DNA of 60,630 bases from an uncultured Pseudobutyrivibrio sp. Lineage in GTDB: Bacteria > Bacillota > Clostridia > Lachnospirales > Lachnospiraceae. Below are positions 42,435 to 52,535 of this stretch, piece after piece; the stretch's first letter is position 1; each line of letters opens with the position of its first letter. The notes beneath the pieces were generated by a model that did not search any database, was not told the origin of the DNA, and worked only from the letters and a program-made list of their open reading frames with translations. The translations under genes were made by a program, and so were the position numbers. The stretch lies in NCBI GenBank assembly GCA_945946605.1, contig CAMEWP010000001.1, positions 1 to 60,630 on the forward strand. Reading direction: 5' to 3'.

Positions 42435-44161
42435 AATTCAGGGAATTGGAGAAAAACTGCCGGAAATCCACAGAAGGCTTTGCCGAACACATGACACTGG
42501 CTATTTTAGGAGACTGTGCCACCCAGCATCTGGCCAAGGCGATCCGGGGATACGCATATACAAAAGAGATTGCTATGGATATCTTTGATGCGGACTATGA
42601 CCAGATGGAGGCCCAGATCTTAGATCCCGGGTCGGAACTTTATGAAAAACAGCCGGATGCCGTGCTGTTGTGGTTCTGTACGGAAAAACTGTATGCGGCT
42701 TTTTGCAAATGTACGGACAGAAGCCGGTTTGCGGAAGAAATGATGGAAAAATACAAAAGATATTATGCTCTTCTGGAGCAGCGGCTGGGGGGCAGGATTC
42801 TGCAGTTTAATTTTACAGAACAGGATGACAGAGTCTTTGGCAACTATGCCAACAAAACAGCAGAATCTTTTCTGTATCAGCTTAGGAAACTGAACCTGAT
42901 GCTGATGGAGGAGGCTCAGCTGCAGAAAAATCTCTTTGTCATAGATCTTGCCTACCTGCAGAATCAGTACGGCATGGAAAAGATCAAGGATGCAAAGATG
43001 TACTATCTGGCAAAGATGCCGCTTTCCACCCACATTCTGCCCCAGGTGGCAGCAGAGGTGTTAAGTGTTTTGGAGGCGATCCGGGGCAGGATCAAAAAAT
43101 GTGTGGTGGTGGATCTGGACCAGACTCTGTGGGGCGGCGTCATCGGTGATGACGGAATGGAACATATACAGATAGGAGAACTGGGACAGGGACAGGCGTT
43201 TTCTGATTTTCAGAACTGGCTGAAAGAACTGCGGAAGAGAGGAATCCTTCTGGCTGTCTGCAGCAAAAATGAAGAAGATACCGCAAAGGAACCTTTCCTG
43301 AAGCACCCGGAGATGGTGCTTCGGCTGGAGGATATTGCACTGTTTGTGGCAAATTGGGAGAACAAGGCAGACAATATCCGATACATACAAAAAACATTGA
43401 ACATCGGGATGGACAGTATGGTGTTTTTGGATGACAATCCCTTTGAGCGGAATCTTGTGCGCAGCCTGATCCCGGAGATCACAGTGCCGGAGCTGCCGGA
43501 AGACCCGTCACAGTATGTCTCATACCTTCAGTCCCTGAATCTTTTTGAGACGGCATCCTATTCCGGAGCTGATAAGGACCGTACCCGAATGTATCGGGAG
43601 GAGATGGACAGAAAGGATCTGCAGAAGCAGTATGGAGATTATGAGGAATACCTGAAGGATCTTGAGATGAAGGCTCAGGCGAAACCCTTTGATCCTTTCC
43701 ATTATGCAAGGATCGCCCAGTTGAGCCAGCGGTCTAACCAGTTTAATCTCCGGACCATTCGCTATACGGAGCAGGAAGTGGAACATCTGGCAAAGAGCAA
43801 AGACCATCTGACCATGTATGTGACCCTTCAGGATAAGTTTGGGGACTACGGGTTGATTTCCGTAGTAGTTTTGGATAAAATGCCCTCAGACACCCTGTTT
43901 ATTTCGGAATGGCTCATGAGCTGCCGGGTGCTGAAACGGGGAGTGGAAGAATTTATTATGGATCAGATTGTGGAACTGGCACGAAAGAATGGTTTTCAGA
44001 CCGTGACAGCAGAATATCTGCCCACGGCGAAAAATGCCATGGTTTCCGAGCTGTATGAGAGAATGGGAATGAATAAGGAAGGCGAGGGTCGCTACCGGGT
44101 GTCTGTGTCTGAGTATCAGGCCCATAAAACCTGTATTTGTCAGGAAGGAGAATTACAATGA
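42431..44161 (+). CDS. FkbH-like HAD-IIIC glyceryl transferase/phosphatase
   Basis: DLDQTLWGG, CSKN, FLDDNPFER, RSNQFNLR, DKFGDYG, MSCRVLKRG; ATGA overlap. Confidence 0.92.
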   Translation: MKFRELEKNCRKSTEGFAEHMTLAILGDCATQHLAKAIRGYAYTKEIAMDIFDADYDQMEAQILDPGSELYEKQPDAVLLWFCTEKLYAAFCKCTDRSRFAEEMMEKYKRYYALLEQRLGGRILQFNFTEQDDRVFGNYANKTAESFLYQLRKLNLMLMEEAQLQKNLFVIDLAYLQNQYGMEKIKDAKMYYLAKMPLSTHILPQVAAEVLSVLEAIRGRIKKCVVVDLDQTLWGGVIGDDGMEHIQIGELGQGQAFSDFQNWLKELRKRGILLAVCSKNEEDTAKEPFLKHPEMVLRLEDIALFVANWENKADNIRYIQKTLNIGMDSMVFLDDNPFERNLVRSLIPEITVPELPEDPSQYVSYLQSLNLFETASYSGADKDRTRMYREEMDRKDLQKQYGDYEEYLKDLEMKAQAKPFDPFHYARIAQLSQRSNQFNLRTIRYTEQEVEHLAKSKDHLTMYVTLQDKFGDYGLISVVVLDKMPSDTLFISEWLMSCRVLKRGVEEFIMDQIVELARKNGFQTVTAEYLPTAKNAMVSELYERMGMNKEGEGRYRVSVSEYQAHKTCICQEGELQ

Positions 44162-44397
44162 GCAGAGAAGAGATATTGGAGAAACTGAACGAGATTTTTC
44201 AGGATATGTTTGATGATGAAGATCTGGAGATCACAGAGGAAACTGTGGCTGATGATGTAGAAGGATGGGATTCCCTGATGCACATTTCCCTCATCGAAGA
44301 AGTGGAGGATGCCTTTGACATCCGTTTTACCATGGTGGAGGTAAACGGTATGCAGAATGTGGGAGAGATGGTATCCATTATTGCAGAAAGAATGTAG
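44158..44397 (+). CDS. Acyl carrier protein
   Basis: 79 aa, acidic, GWDSL phosphopantetheine site; ATGA overlap with FkbH. Confidence 0.92.
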   Translation: MSREEILEKLNEIFQDMFDDEDLEITEETVADDVEGWDSLMHISLIEEVEDAFDIRFTMVEVNGMQNVGEMVSIIAERM

Positions 44398-44415
44398 CGC
44401 GGCAGCGGGGTTCAC

Positions 44416-45963
44416 ATGTCAACGGTATCATTTGAATTTTTAGTATTTTTTGTTGTTACATTAATTGCATATTATATGGTACCCCATAAGACCCAGTGGA
44501 AAATGCTGCTGGCAGCAGGGATGTTTTTCTTTTGCGCTGCATCGGGACCGAAACTCTTTTGCGTTTTCCTTGTGACCTGCCTCATCAACTGGATCGCGGC
44601 AGGAAGGGTACATAAGGGAGAACAAAAGATTCTTTTTGTTGCAGTGCTGGTTCTGGATGCAGCTCTTCTTATCGGATATAAGAATCTGAATTTTTTCCCG
44701 GAAACACTGGAACTTCTGGGAGGATTTCTGGGACTGGAGGTGCATCCTGCCTATTTTCACATAGCAGCACCTCTGGGGATCTCCTACTATACATTGATAC
44801 TGATGGGGTATCTGGTGGACGTGTACTGGGGGAAATATGAACCGGAGCAAAATTTTTTCCGGTTTCTTTTGTTTGCGGGATATTTTCCCCAGATGTCTTC
44901 CGGCCCTTTTGTGAAATATGATGTGCAGCGGGAGATGCTTTATCAGGGGAAAACCATAGACAAAAACAGGATCTTTTCCGGGATGGAGCGGATCCTCTGG
45001 GGATTTTTCAAAAAGCTGGTGGTGGCGGAACGACTGGCTGTGATGGTGAATCAGGCCTACGACAATCCGCAAGTCTATGGCGGTATCACTATGCTGTTTG
45101 CCCTGATCCTGTTTCCTTTCCAGCTGTATATGGATTTCAGTGGCGCCATGGATATTGCCCTGGGTGTTTCAGAATGTTTCGGTATTGTTCTGCCGGAGAA
45201 TTTTAACCGTCCCTTTTTGTCAAGAAGCATAGCAGAGTTCTGGAGAAGATGGCATATTACGCTGGGAGAGTGGCTGCGGGAGTATGTTTTCTATCCGGTG
45301 CTGCGCAGTGAGGGATTTCGCAGGCTGAAGAAGGCCTGCAAAAAGAAATGGGGCAGAGGATATGAGAAAAAATTCGATCTGACCACCTATCTGGGGTTGT
45401 TTGTCACCTGGTTTCTTATAGGCTTCTGGCACGGCGGAAACTGGGCCTGTATCCTTACGGGATCCGGTCTTTATTACTGGTTTTTGATCACCATGAGTGA
45501 GATCTGCACACCGCTGTTTACAAAGATGAAAAGCCTGCTTCATATCAATGATCAGAGCAGAGGATGGATCCTGTGGCAGAGAATCCGGACCTTTCTTCTG
45601 TTCTGTTTTGGCCTGTCCTTTTTCCGGGCGCAGGACCTGTCATTGGGATGGCAGATGTGGAGCGGAGTCTTAAGAGGAGCAAAGCTTTGCTGGATGAAGG
45701 ATGGAACCGTTTTGGGACTTGGTCTTGACGGGGCGGATTTTGCCGTGGCAATGATTTCACTGGTGTGGGTGCTGGTGATGGGCGTATGGGACAAAGCCCG
45801 AAACCTTAGGCCATCACCGGAGAAATCGCCAGAGGAATCGTCGGAGGAGAAAAGCGGAAATCTTCGAAAGATTCTTTGGCTGGTAATGTTGCTTGTGGTA
45901 CTGATCTTTGGTCAGTATGGTGTGGGATTTGACAGTACAAGCTTTATTTATCAGCAGTTTTGA
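44416..45963 (+). CDS. MBOAT O-acyltransferase (DltB/AlgI family)
   Basis: PLGISYYT, YMDFSG, ENFNRPF, EFWRRWH, GFWHG, C-terminal FIYQQF. Confidence 0.93.
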   Translation: MSTVSFEFLVFFVVTLIAYYMVPHKTQWKMLLAAGMFFFCAASGPKLFCVFLVTCLINWIAAGRVHKGEQKILFVAVLVLDAALLIGYKNLNFFPETLELLGGFLGLEVHPAYFHIAAPLGISYYTLILMGYLVDVYWGKYEPEQNFFRFLLFAGYFPQMSSGPFVKYDVQREMLYQGKTIDKNRIFSGMERILWGFFKKLVVAERLAVMVNQAYDNPQVYGGITMLFALILFPFQLYMDFSGAMDIALGVSECFGIVLPENFNRPFLSRSIAEFWRRWHITLGEWLREYVFYPVLRSEGFRRLKKACKKKWGRGYEKKFDLTTYLGLFVTWFLIGFWHGGNWACILTGSGLYYWFLITMSEICTPLFTKMKSLLHINDQSRGWILWQRIRTFLLFCFGLSFFRAQDLSLGWQMWSGVLRGAKLCWMKDGTVLGLGLDGADFAVAMISLVWVLVMGVWDKARNLRPSPEKSPEESSEEKSGNLRKILWLVMLLVVLIFGQYGVGFDSTSFIYQQF

Positions 45964-46037
45964 TATCAGCAGATTAAAAAAGCTTGAAAGAAGTTTGGGA
46001 TCTTATCGGATCTACAGGAAAGAAAAGGCAGGAAACC

Positions 46038-47777
46038 ATGATGCAGTGTGGGAAAGGAGTACAACTCTCAAAAAGAAACAGAATCCTGATGATACTGGGA
46101 GTTTTGCTGATCGCGCTCTTAAGTTCCATGCCGCTGTTTGCCCCCGGCATCGAGGGTCGATGGGGACAGGATCTTGGATTTCACCTGATGCGTATCGAGG
46201 GCATTGCAGCAGAACTGGAAAATGGAGTTTTTCCGGTAAAGATGCAGTCTTTGTGGATGGATGGATATGGTTATCCCGTCTCTGTATATTATGGAGATCT
46301 GCTGTTATATTTTCCGGCGATCCTGCGGCTTTTGGGTGTGCCGGTGGTGCTTGCTTATAAAATTTTTGTCGCAGCCTGCAACCTTGGAACGGCGGCACTT
46401 TGCTTTTTTTGCTTCCGGATCATATTTGAAAAAGATCTGATTGCCCTGGCTGCCTCAGCAGCCTACTGCCTTGCAGGTTACCGGCTGGTAAATCTTTATG
46501 TCCGGGCAGCAGTGGGGGAATACTGTGCCATGATGTTTCTGCCCCTGGTGGCCATGGCGGTATACCGGATCTATCGGGCAAAAGAATTGTCATGTAAGCA
46601 GCAGGTGGTACTTTCCGGATGTCTGGCACTGGGACTTAGCGGTATTCTGGGGACCCACCTGCTGACACTGGAAATGACAGGGATCCTTCTGCTTTTGATG
46701 GGTCTTGTGTGCTGGAAAAAAACATTTACAAAAGAGGTGCTTTCTACCCTGACGCTGGCATTGGGGGAAACCATTCTTCTGAATCTTTATTTTTTGATAC
46801 CCTTTCTGGATTACAGTAAAAATACAGAAGTATACATTAATCGTAAGTTAGGAAAAGCCAGCCTGATCCAGGGGAAAGGCGCGGATCTGAGCCAGCTGTT
46901 TGGCTTTTTCTCCAGCCCATTCCATCAGGGAGAAGAGAGTTCTTATCTTCCGGTGACGCCGGGAATCCTTCTGATGGCGGTGTGTCTGGTGGCATTGATA
47001 TTGCTCCTGCTGGGGAGATTAAAAAAAGAGAGCAAATTTTTCCTGGGATTTTCCCTGGGATTGTTGTTTGTGTCCTCCAAATTTTTCCCCTGGGATGCAC
47101 TGGCATCAGCAGGAAAAGTGGGAGAACTGCTGACACAGGTGCAGTTTCCCTGGCGCTATATGGGTCTGGCGGTGTTGATGCTTTCCTTGCTTTTGGGAAG
47201 TCTTTTGCGGGAGATCGGCATAGGAAAAGAGAATCAGGGAAAACAATATCCTGGGCAATATCGTGGGATGATTGGAGCAGTCCTTCTGCTTGCAGTTGTA
47301 ACGCCGGTGGTATTTACCCTGGGATACACAAGAGATTATCAGCAGGTATATTACGAAACAAGGGAAGATCTCAATACCTATGATATGGGAATGATCGAGT
47401 ACCTGCGGTACGGAACCAAACGGGAAGAACTGACAGGTGAGATTCAGGGGGAGAATCTGGAAGAGGCAGAATGCATACTGCGCCGGGGCACAACCATGGA
47501 GATCTATGTAAAATGCCGCGAAAAGGCAGGGGCTGTGGAACTGCCAATAATGAACTATCCGGGATATCATGTGCAGGATGAGGATGGAAATACATATGCC
47601 ATAACAGATGGCAGCAATCAGGTAATCTGTGTGGAGCTGCCGGCGGGATTTGAGGGAACGCTTACCGTTACCTACCGGGAACCCTGGTACTGGCGGGCAG
47701 GGGAGATCCTTTCCCTGGGAACGCTGCTTGCGGTCTGGATCACAGCGGTATGGATGAAAAGAAGGAGCAGAGGATGA
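46038..47777 (+). CDS. GT-C membrane protein (PTPS-related/YfhO-like)
   Basis: DLGFHLMRI, YGYPVSVYYGDL, QFPWRY, C-terminal LPIMNYPGY. Confidence 0.7.
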   Translation: MMQCGKGVQLSKRNRILMILGVLLIALLSSMPLFAPGIEGRWGQDLGFHLMRIEGIAAELENGVFPVKMQSLWMDGYGYPVSVYYGDLLLYFPAILRLLGVPVVLAYKIFVAACNLGTAALCFFCFRIIFEKDLIALAASAAYCLAGYRLVNLYVRAAVGEYCAMMFLPLVAMAVYRIYRAKELSCKQQVVLSGCLALGLSGILGTHLLTLEMTGILLLLMGLVCWKKTFTKEVLSTLTLALGETILLNLYFLIPFLDYSKNTEVYINRKLGKASLIQGKGADLSQLFGFFSSPFHQGEESSYLPVTPGILLMAVCLVALILLLLGRLKKESKFFLGFSLGLLFVSSKFFPWDALASAGKVGELLTQVQFPWRYMGLAVLMLSLLLGSLLREIGIGKENQGKQYPGQYRGMIGAVLLLAVVTPVVFTLGYTRDYQQVYYETREDLNTYDMGMIEYLRYGTKREELTGEIQGENLEEAECILRRGTTMEIYVKCREKAGAVELPIMNYPGYHVQDEDGNTYAITDGSNQVICVELPAGFEGTLTVTYREPWYWRAGEILSLGTLLAVWITAVWMKRRSRG

Positions 47778-49009
47778 TGCTGCAGGATAAAAAACAGGAA
47801 ATACGAAAATTTATGATGATGCTTGCGGTAGTAAATCTGGCAGTGTTTGCTGTCTGCTACCGGGGAATTGTGCGGTCCTATAATACCACCATGCTGGCCC
47901 TTTCCTATCGCTACGGGTTTACTTCCCGGTCTCTGATCGGAACCATCTACCATCTGGTGGATGCTGTGCTTCCCATAGATATGATAAATTATGATGCGGC
48001 AGTTGGGTTTGCACTGGCAGTGACAGGTTTATTTTTTGTTGTGATGATGATCTTCTTTTACCAGTGCCTGAAATCCTGCAGTGAGGAAGACTTAAAAAAC
48101 AGTGAATACCTGATCCTGATCTTATCCGTCAGCCTGGTATCCACATTTTCCTTTCCTTACAATTTCTTCCGTGTGGATATCTGCATGATCATGATGAGTC
48201 TGCTGGCGGTGATCTGCATCATAAAAGATAAGGCGGTCTGGCTGTGTGTGCCTCTGTCGGTGCTGGGTGTCATGTTTCATCAGGGATACGTGTTTATGTA
48301 TTTTAACCTGATTCTGGTGCTGCTTTTGTATCGTGCTCTTTCCTTGTGGAACAGGGATAAAAAAAGGGCGGTATATTACGGAGGGGTGTTTTTGGCATCT
48401 TTCCTTCTGGCCTCCGCTTTATTTTTGTGGTTTGAGTTTTTCAGCAGATCTGACGGAGCACTGTATTTTGATAGCATCCAAAAGGAAGCAGAAAAACTAT
48501 CCTATCAGGGAATTTACCATTCCACCCTTTTGTATCACGAGGTGTTGGGAATTGACCTGGCTTCCACAGAAGCAGAGTATTTTGCCGTCAACCATAATCA
48601 GATCATAGTATTTACAGTGGTCTGCCTGCCTATGATCTTCGTGGCTGTCCGGTTCTTTGTAAATATTTACCGCCGGGCAGAAGGCTTCTGGGAAAAGGCA
48701 AAGTATCTGATGGTGGCTGTGGGCGCAGTAACCATTCTTCCGAATTTCATCTTAAAGATTGATTACGGCCGCTGGATCATGGCGGTGGTGGTATATTATA
48801 TGGGTATTGTGCTGGCCCTTCTTGCCATGGGAGACCCCATAGTCAAGGGGGAAGTACAGCGACAGGCAGGCAGCCTGCAAAAAAAACCGGGTCTGGTTTT
48901 CTATCTTATGGCGGTGATCCTTTTGATCCCCTATCTGGATGTAAATATCAGCCCCTTTGTGCGCCACCTGGCATCCATGGTAAACCGGAATATTCTCCAT
49001 TGGTATTAA
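47774..49009 (+). CDS. Multi-pass membrane protein, paralog A2
   Basis: LSYRYGFTSRSL, NFFRVD, HQGYVFM, KIDYGRW. Confidence 0.6.
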   Translation: MMLQDKKQEIRKFMMMLAVVNLAVFAVCYRGIVRSYNTTMLALSYRYGFTSRSLIGTIYHLVDAVLPIDMINYDAAVGFALAVTGLFFVVMMIFFYQCLKSCSEEDLKNSEYLILILSVSLVSTFSFPYNFFRVDICMIMMSLLAVICIIKDKAVWLCVPLSVLGVMFHQGYVFMYFNLILVLLLYRALSLWNRDKKRAVYYGGVFLASFLLASALFLWFEFFSRSDGALYFDSIQKEAEKLSYQGIYHSTLLYHEVLGIDLASTEAEYFAVNHNQIIVFTVVCLPMIFVAVRFFVNIYRRAEGFWEKAKYLMVAVGAVTILPNFILKIDYGRWIMAVVVYYMGIVLALLAMGDPIVKGEVQRQAGSLQKKPGLVFYLMAVILLIPYLDVNISPFVRHLASMVNRNILHWY

Positions 49010-49015
49010 ACAGAA

Positions 49016-49900
49016 ATGCAAAACAAAATGGGAAAGAACATGAAAAAAGAGAACGCCGTTTTTCTGGCGGAAATGTTATATTTTGGGCTTCTGACCTTTT
49101 CCCGGTTTTTCGATCATAAACTGCAGGAACATGATCTGCCCTTTGGTTTTATGAAAGAATACGCCTTTGCCTTCGGGGCAACTTTGGTATATCTGATCTT
49201 GTTTTTTGCGTTGGGAGTGGTCCTGCTTCAAAAGGCAGAGGAAACTAACCGGTGGAACATGTGCCATATGATAGCCTTTTCATCGGTGTTTCTGGCGCCT
49301 TTTTATCTCCACAAGAGTTATTGCGGAACGCTGGATGTCTATCTGTGGATCCTTGTGATGGCTGTCTTTGTGCTGGTACTGTTATTGCCAAAAGAAGGAA
49401 GAGAGAAAAAGGAATATGCTCTTATAATCCTACTTGTGGTTGTGGAGATCTTTACCGCGGTGGCAGCAGGCGTCCGGGGAAAAGATGCCCAGACTCTGCT
49501 GGGGGGAACTCAGTTTGTGGTGATGATTTTGTTCTTTCTCCCGTATTTTTACACTGCCTGGAAATTTTTCAGCGGACTTTTGCAGGGCGCCGGTAAGGAG
49601 CAGAAAAGGAAATATCTGCTGTATCTGGCAGGGGGCATACCGGCTCCGGTGATCTGGTGTCTGTTGGGAGACTACAGCCGGGTGATCCTGTACGGATTTG
49701 CCTATTATATCCTTCTTGGTATGATGTTTATGGCACTGGGGGATGGATATTTTGCAGAACAGATTCAGCGGACCAAGGACAAGGTGAAGGAATATTTGCC
49801 CATACCGGAAGTATTTATTCTGTATCCGCTAATATTCATTACTTTCTGGATGATGGGAAATGAAAATATTCCCGTAGAAAAAATTCTGGAGTTACAGTAG
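49016..49900 (+). CDS. Short degenerate paralog of the A family
   Basis: SRFFDH, GTLDVYL, GDYSR, MALGD, FILYP align with A-family motifs; HQG region absent. Confidence 0.55.
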   Translation: MQNKMGKNMKKENAVFLAEMLYFGLLTFSRFFDHKLQEHDLPFGFMKEYAFAFGATLVYLILFFALGVVLLQKAEETNRWNMCHMIAFSSVFLAPFYLHKSYCGTLDVYLWILVMAVFVLVLLLPKEGREKKEYALIILLVVVEIFTAVAAGVRGKDAQTLLGGTQFVVMILFFLPYFYTAWKFFSGLLQGAGKEQKRKYLLYLAGGIPAPVIWCLLGDYSRVILYGFAYYILLGMMFMALGDGYFAEQIQRTKDKVKEYLPIPEVFILYPLIFITFWMMGNENIPVEKILELQ

Positions 49901-49921
49901 ACCTCCGGAGAAGGGAAAGAT

Positions 49922-51202
49922 ATGGAACAAAAGGAAAATCAGAGAAATCAGAAAAAACAGATTGCCGGATTTATCGGGCTGGAACTGCTGCTGGGAGTGG
50001 TATTGTTTTTAAACTACTACGAAGCCTGGGTAAATAAGATGGACGGTACCGTGCTGGCTTTTTCCTACAAATACGGGTTTATTTCCAGAGGGTTGATTGG
50101 AAGCTTTTATCAGTGGCTGGATAAGATCCTGCCGGTAAATATGATGCGTTACGAGATGGTGGTTGTCTATACTTTCTGGGTTACCATGATCTTTTTCGGG
50201 GTGCTGCTTTTCTTCTTCGGATTCTGTCTGCAGCGGGGCATGAAGTATCTGGACGCGTGCTCTCAAAAAGACTCTCATAGAAATTCCATAAGCCAGATGG
50301 AATTTGTGATGATCTTTTTTACCATCTTTGCCGTGCCAATCTTTTCCGCACACTATAATTTTGGACGGCCGGATCTGTACTGCCTGCTGCTGAGTGTGGT
50401 GGGAGCCATGCTGCTGATGTGGGGCTGGTGGGAATGGCTGCTGATCCCCATTTCTGCTTTGGGCGTAATGGTCCATCAGGGCAATGTGTTCATGTATCTG
50501 AACATCATTCTGGTGCTCCTTTTGTACAAGGCCCTCAGCCGGGAGAAAAAAGAGCGGAAAAAATATCTGATGCTGTTTGCGGCGTGTTTTCTTACGGCCT
50601 CGGCCCTGTTTCTGTGGTTTGAATGTTTCAGTCATGTAAATGGGGAGGAGATTTATGAGGAGATCGTAAATACCGCCAACCAGCTGTGCCGGAATGGGAA
50701 ATGCCATCAGGATGTTATCGATAAGGAGATCCTGGGCATCGACCTTGCGGACCGGGAAGTGGAATCCCATCGGGGCAATTTTGTGCAGTTCCCCATCTTT
50801 TTGCTTCTGATGCTGCCTTATCTTCTTTTGCTGGTACGCTTCTTCCGGGGATTGATTGGGTCTGCCGAAAAGGGAGCAGAGCGATGGAAATATCTGCTGG
50901 TGGCTGTGGGCGCCGGCACCATGCTTCCGGATCTTCTGTTAAAGATTGACTACGGCCGATGGATGTTTGCCATCCTGAGTTATTACTGTGTGATGCTGAT
51001 GGTACTGCATGCCATGGGGGATAAAAAGGTGTGGCAGAATTTTGCGGAAGCCACCAAAGGATGGAGGGATCATCCGGTAAAAGCGGCGGTATTTCTTCTG
51101 TATCCCATGGCTCTTCAGCCCTTTATGGATGTGAGCATCAATCCGGTGACAGAGCGGGTGGCAGATTTTATTAACGAGAGCCTGCATCTGGGCTGGTGGT
51201 AA
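49922..51202 (+). CDS. Multi-pass membrane protein, paralog A3
   Basis: FSYKYGFISRGL, NFGRPD, HQGNVFM, KIDYGRW. Confidence 0.6.
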   Translation: MEQKENQRNQKKQIAGFIGLELLLGVVLFLNYYEAWVNKMDGTVLAFSYKYGFISRGLIGSFYQWLDKILPVNMMRYEMVVVYTFWVTMIFFGVLLFFFGFCLQRGMKYLDACSQKDSHRNSISQMEFVMIFFTIFAVPIFSAHYNFGRPDLYCLLLSVVGAMLLMWGWWEWLLIPISALGVMVHQGNVFMYLNIILVLLLYKALSREKKERKKYLMLFAACFLTASALFLWFECFSHVNGEEIYEEIVNTANQLCRNGKCHQDVIDKEILGIDLADREVESHRGNFVQFPIFLLLMLPYLLLLVRFFRGLIGSAEKGAERWKYLLVAVGAGTMLPDLLLKIDYGRWMFAILSYYCVMLMVLHAMGDKKVWQNFAEATKGWRDHPVKAAVFLLYPMALQPFMDVSINPVTERVADFINESLHLGWW

Positions 51203-51331
51203 GGAATGGGAAAAAATCTGCGAAATACCCGTTAATACTGGTAAATATTCTGAAATATGGTAAAATATCCACGAAAAGAAGCGAAGAATCTCAGAAATGG
51301 GCAGATAGAAAATAGAAAAAAGAGGGAAATT

Positions 51332-52057
51332 ATGGGAATCAGTGTTGTTTTATTAGCTTACAAAGAAGAAGAAAATTTACGGGTTCTGCTGCCTCAGATC
51401 AAAGAGCAGGTAGAAAAGTGCGGCGAGGAATATGAGATCCTGGTGGTGGATACGGCAAAGCCCATGGATAACACCAAAGGGGTTTGTGAGGAATTCGGAG
51501 CCCGCTATATCAATCAGGAATATCCCGGATTTGGAGGTGCTTTCCGCACAGCCATCAAATGTGCCAACAAGAATAAATTCCTGATCATGGACAGTGACGG
51601 CTCTCATCCGCCGGTAAATATCCCGGAGATCTATGAGAAGTTTGTGACAGAAAAATGTGATGTGGTGATCGGTTCCCGTTATGTTAAGGGCGGTGTCAGC
51701 AATGACAGCACCTCTTCCCGGATCATGTCCCATATGCTGAATTTTGCATACCGGATCTGTCTGGGACTGGATGCGAAGGATCTTTCCACCGATTACCGGA
51801 TGTATCATACCAAACAGTTAAAGCGCGTGAAGCTGGAGTGTGAGAATTATGATGTTCTGGAAGAGGTTCTTCTGAAACTGAAGCTGAACAAGCCGGATAA
51901 GAAGTTAAAGATCGGAGAGGTGCCCATCAATTTCCAGAAGAGAATGTATGGGGAATCCAAGCGGCAGCTCCTGAAATTTATCATAAGTTACATTAAGACA
52001 TTGTTCCGTCTGACAATGATCCGGATCAAGGATGCATTTGGAAAAAAGAAGAAGTAA
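51332..52057 (+). CDS. GT2 polyprenol-phosphate glycosyltransferase (DPM1-like)
   Basis: MDSDGSH, VIGSRYVKGG, EVPINFQKRMYGESK; start behind GAGGG. Confidence 0.85.
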   Translation: MGISVVLLAYKEEENLRVLLPQIKEQVEKCGEEYEILVVDTAKPMDNTKGVCEEFGARYINQEYPGFGGAFRTAIKCANKNKFLIMDSDGSHPPVNIPEIYEKFVTEKCDVVIGSRYVKGGVSNDSTSSRIMSHMLNFAYRICLGLDAKDLSTDYRMYHTKQLKRVKLECENYDVLEEVLLKLKLNKPDKKLKIGEVPINFQKRMYGESKRQLLKFIISYIKTLFRLTMIRIKDAFGKKKK

Positions 52058-52069
52058 TACGGAGGAAAC

Positions 52070-52528
52070 ATGAAGAAGTTACTGGAACAGATATTAAAAT
52101 TTGGTGTTGTGGGGATCATCTGCTTTATCATTGATTTTGTCATCACAATGGTGCTCTCCACAGTTTTGAGAAGCGCTCTTTCCATGGGAACATCCCAGGC
52201 GGCACTGGTGGCAGCATTTTTTGGTTTTGTGGTTTCCGTTATTGTAAATTACCTTCTGTCCATGAAGTATGTCTTTGTGCGCAGGGAGGACATGGACCGG
52301 AAACGGGAATTTATTATTTTTGTGATCTTGAGTGTGATCGGTCTGCTCATCAATGAGGCTATTATCAAGGTGTGCATTGATGTGATCTATGTAAAATGGG
52401 CATGGCTGAATACGCTGGTTGGTCCTACACTGGCAACTGCCGGTGCAAAGATCGTGGCAACCGGAGTTGTTATGGTATATAACTTTATCACGAGAAAAAT
52501 TTTCCTGGAGCAGAAGGAAGAGGCATAG
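52070..52528 (+). CDS. GtrA-family flippase
   Basis: KFGVVG, NYLLSMKYVF, YNFITRKIF; four TMs. Confidence 0.9.
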   Translation: MKKLLEQILKFGVVGIICFIIDFVITMVLSTVLRSALSMGTSQAALVAAFFGFVVSVIVNYLLSMKYVFVRREDMDRKREFIIFVILSVIGLLINEAIIKVCIDVIYVKWAWLNTLVGPTLATAGAKIVATGVVMVYNFITRKIFLEQKEEA

Positions 52529-52535
52529 CAGACAG

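Noticed and set aside
42431-44397. FkbH-ACP as part of a polyketide or tetronate cluster
   Set aside because: No KS, NRPS or FkbG/I/K genes; the context is MBOAT plus SGNH.
47242-47266. 12-bp duplication encoding QYPG-QYRG
   Set aside because: Two in-frame copies in a loop; no sign of function or phase variation.
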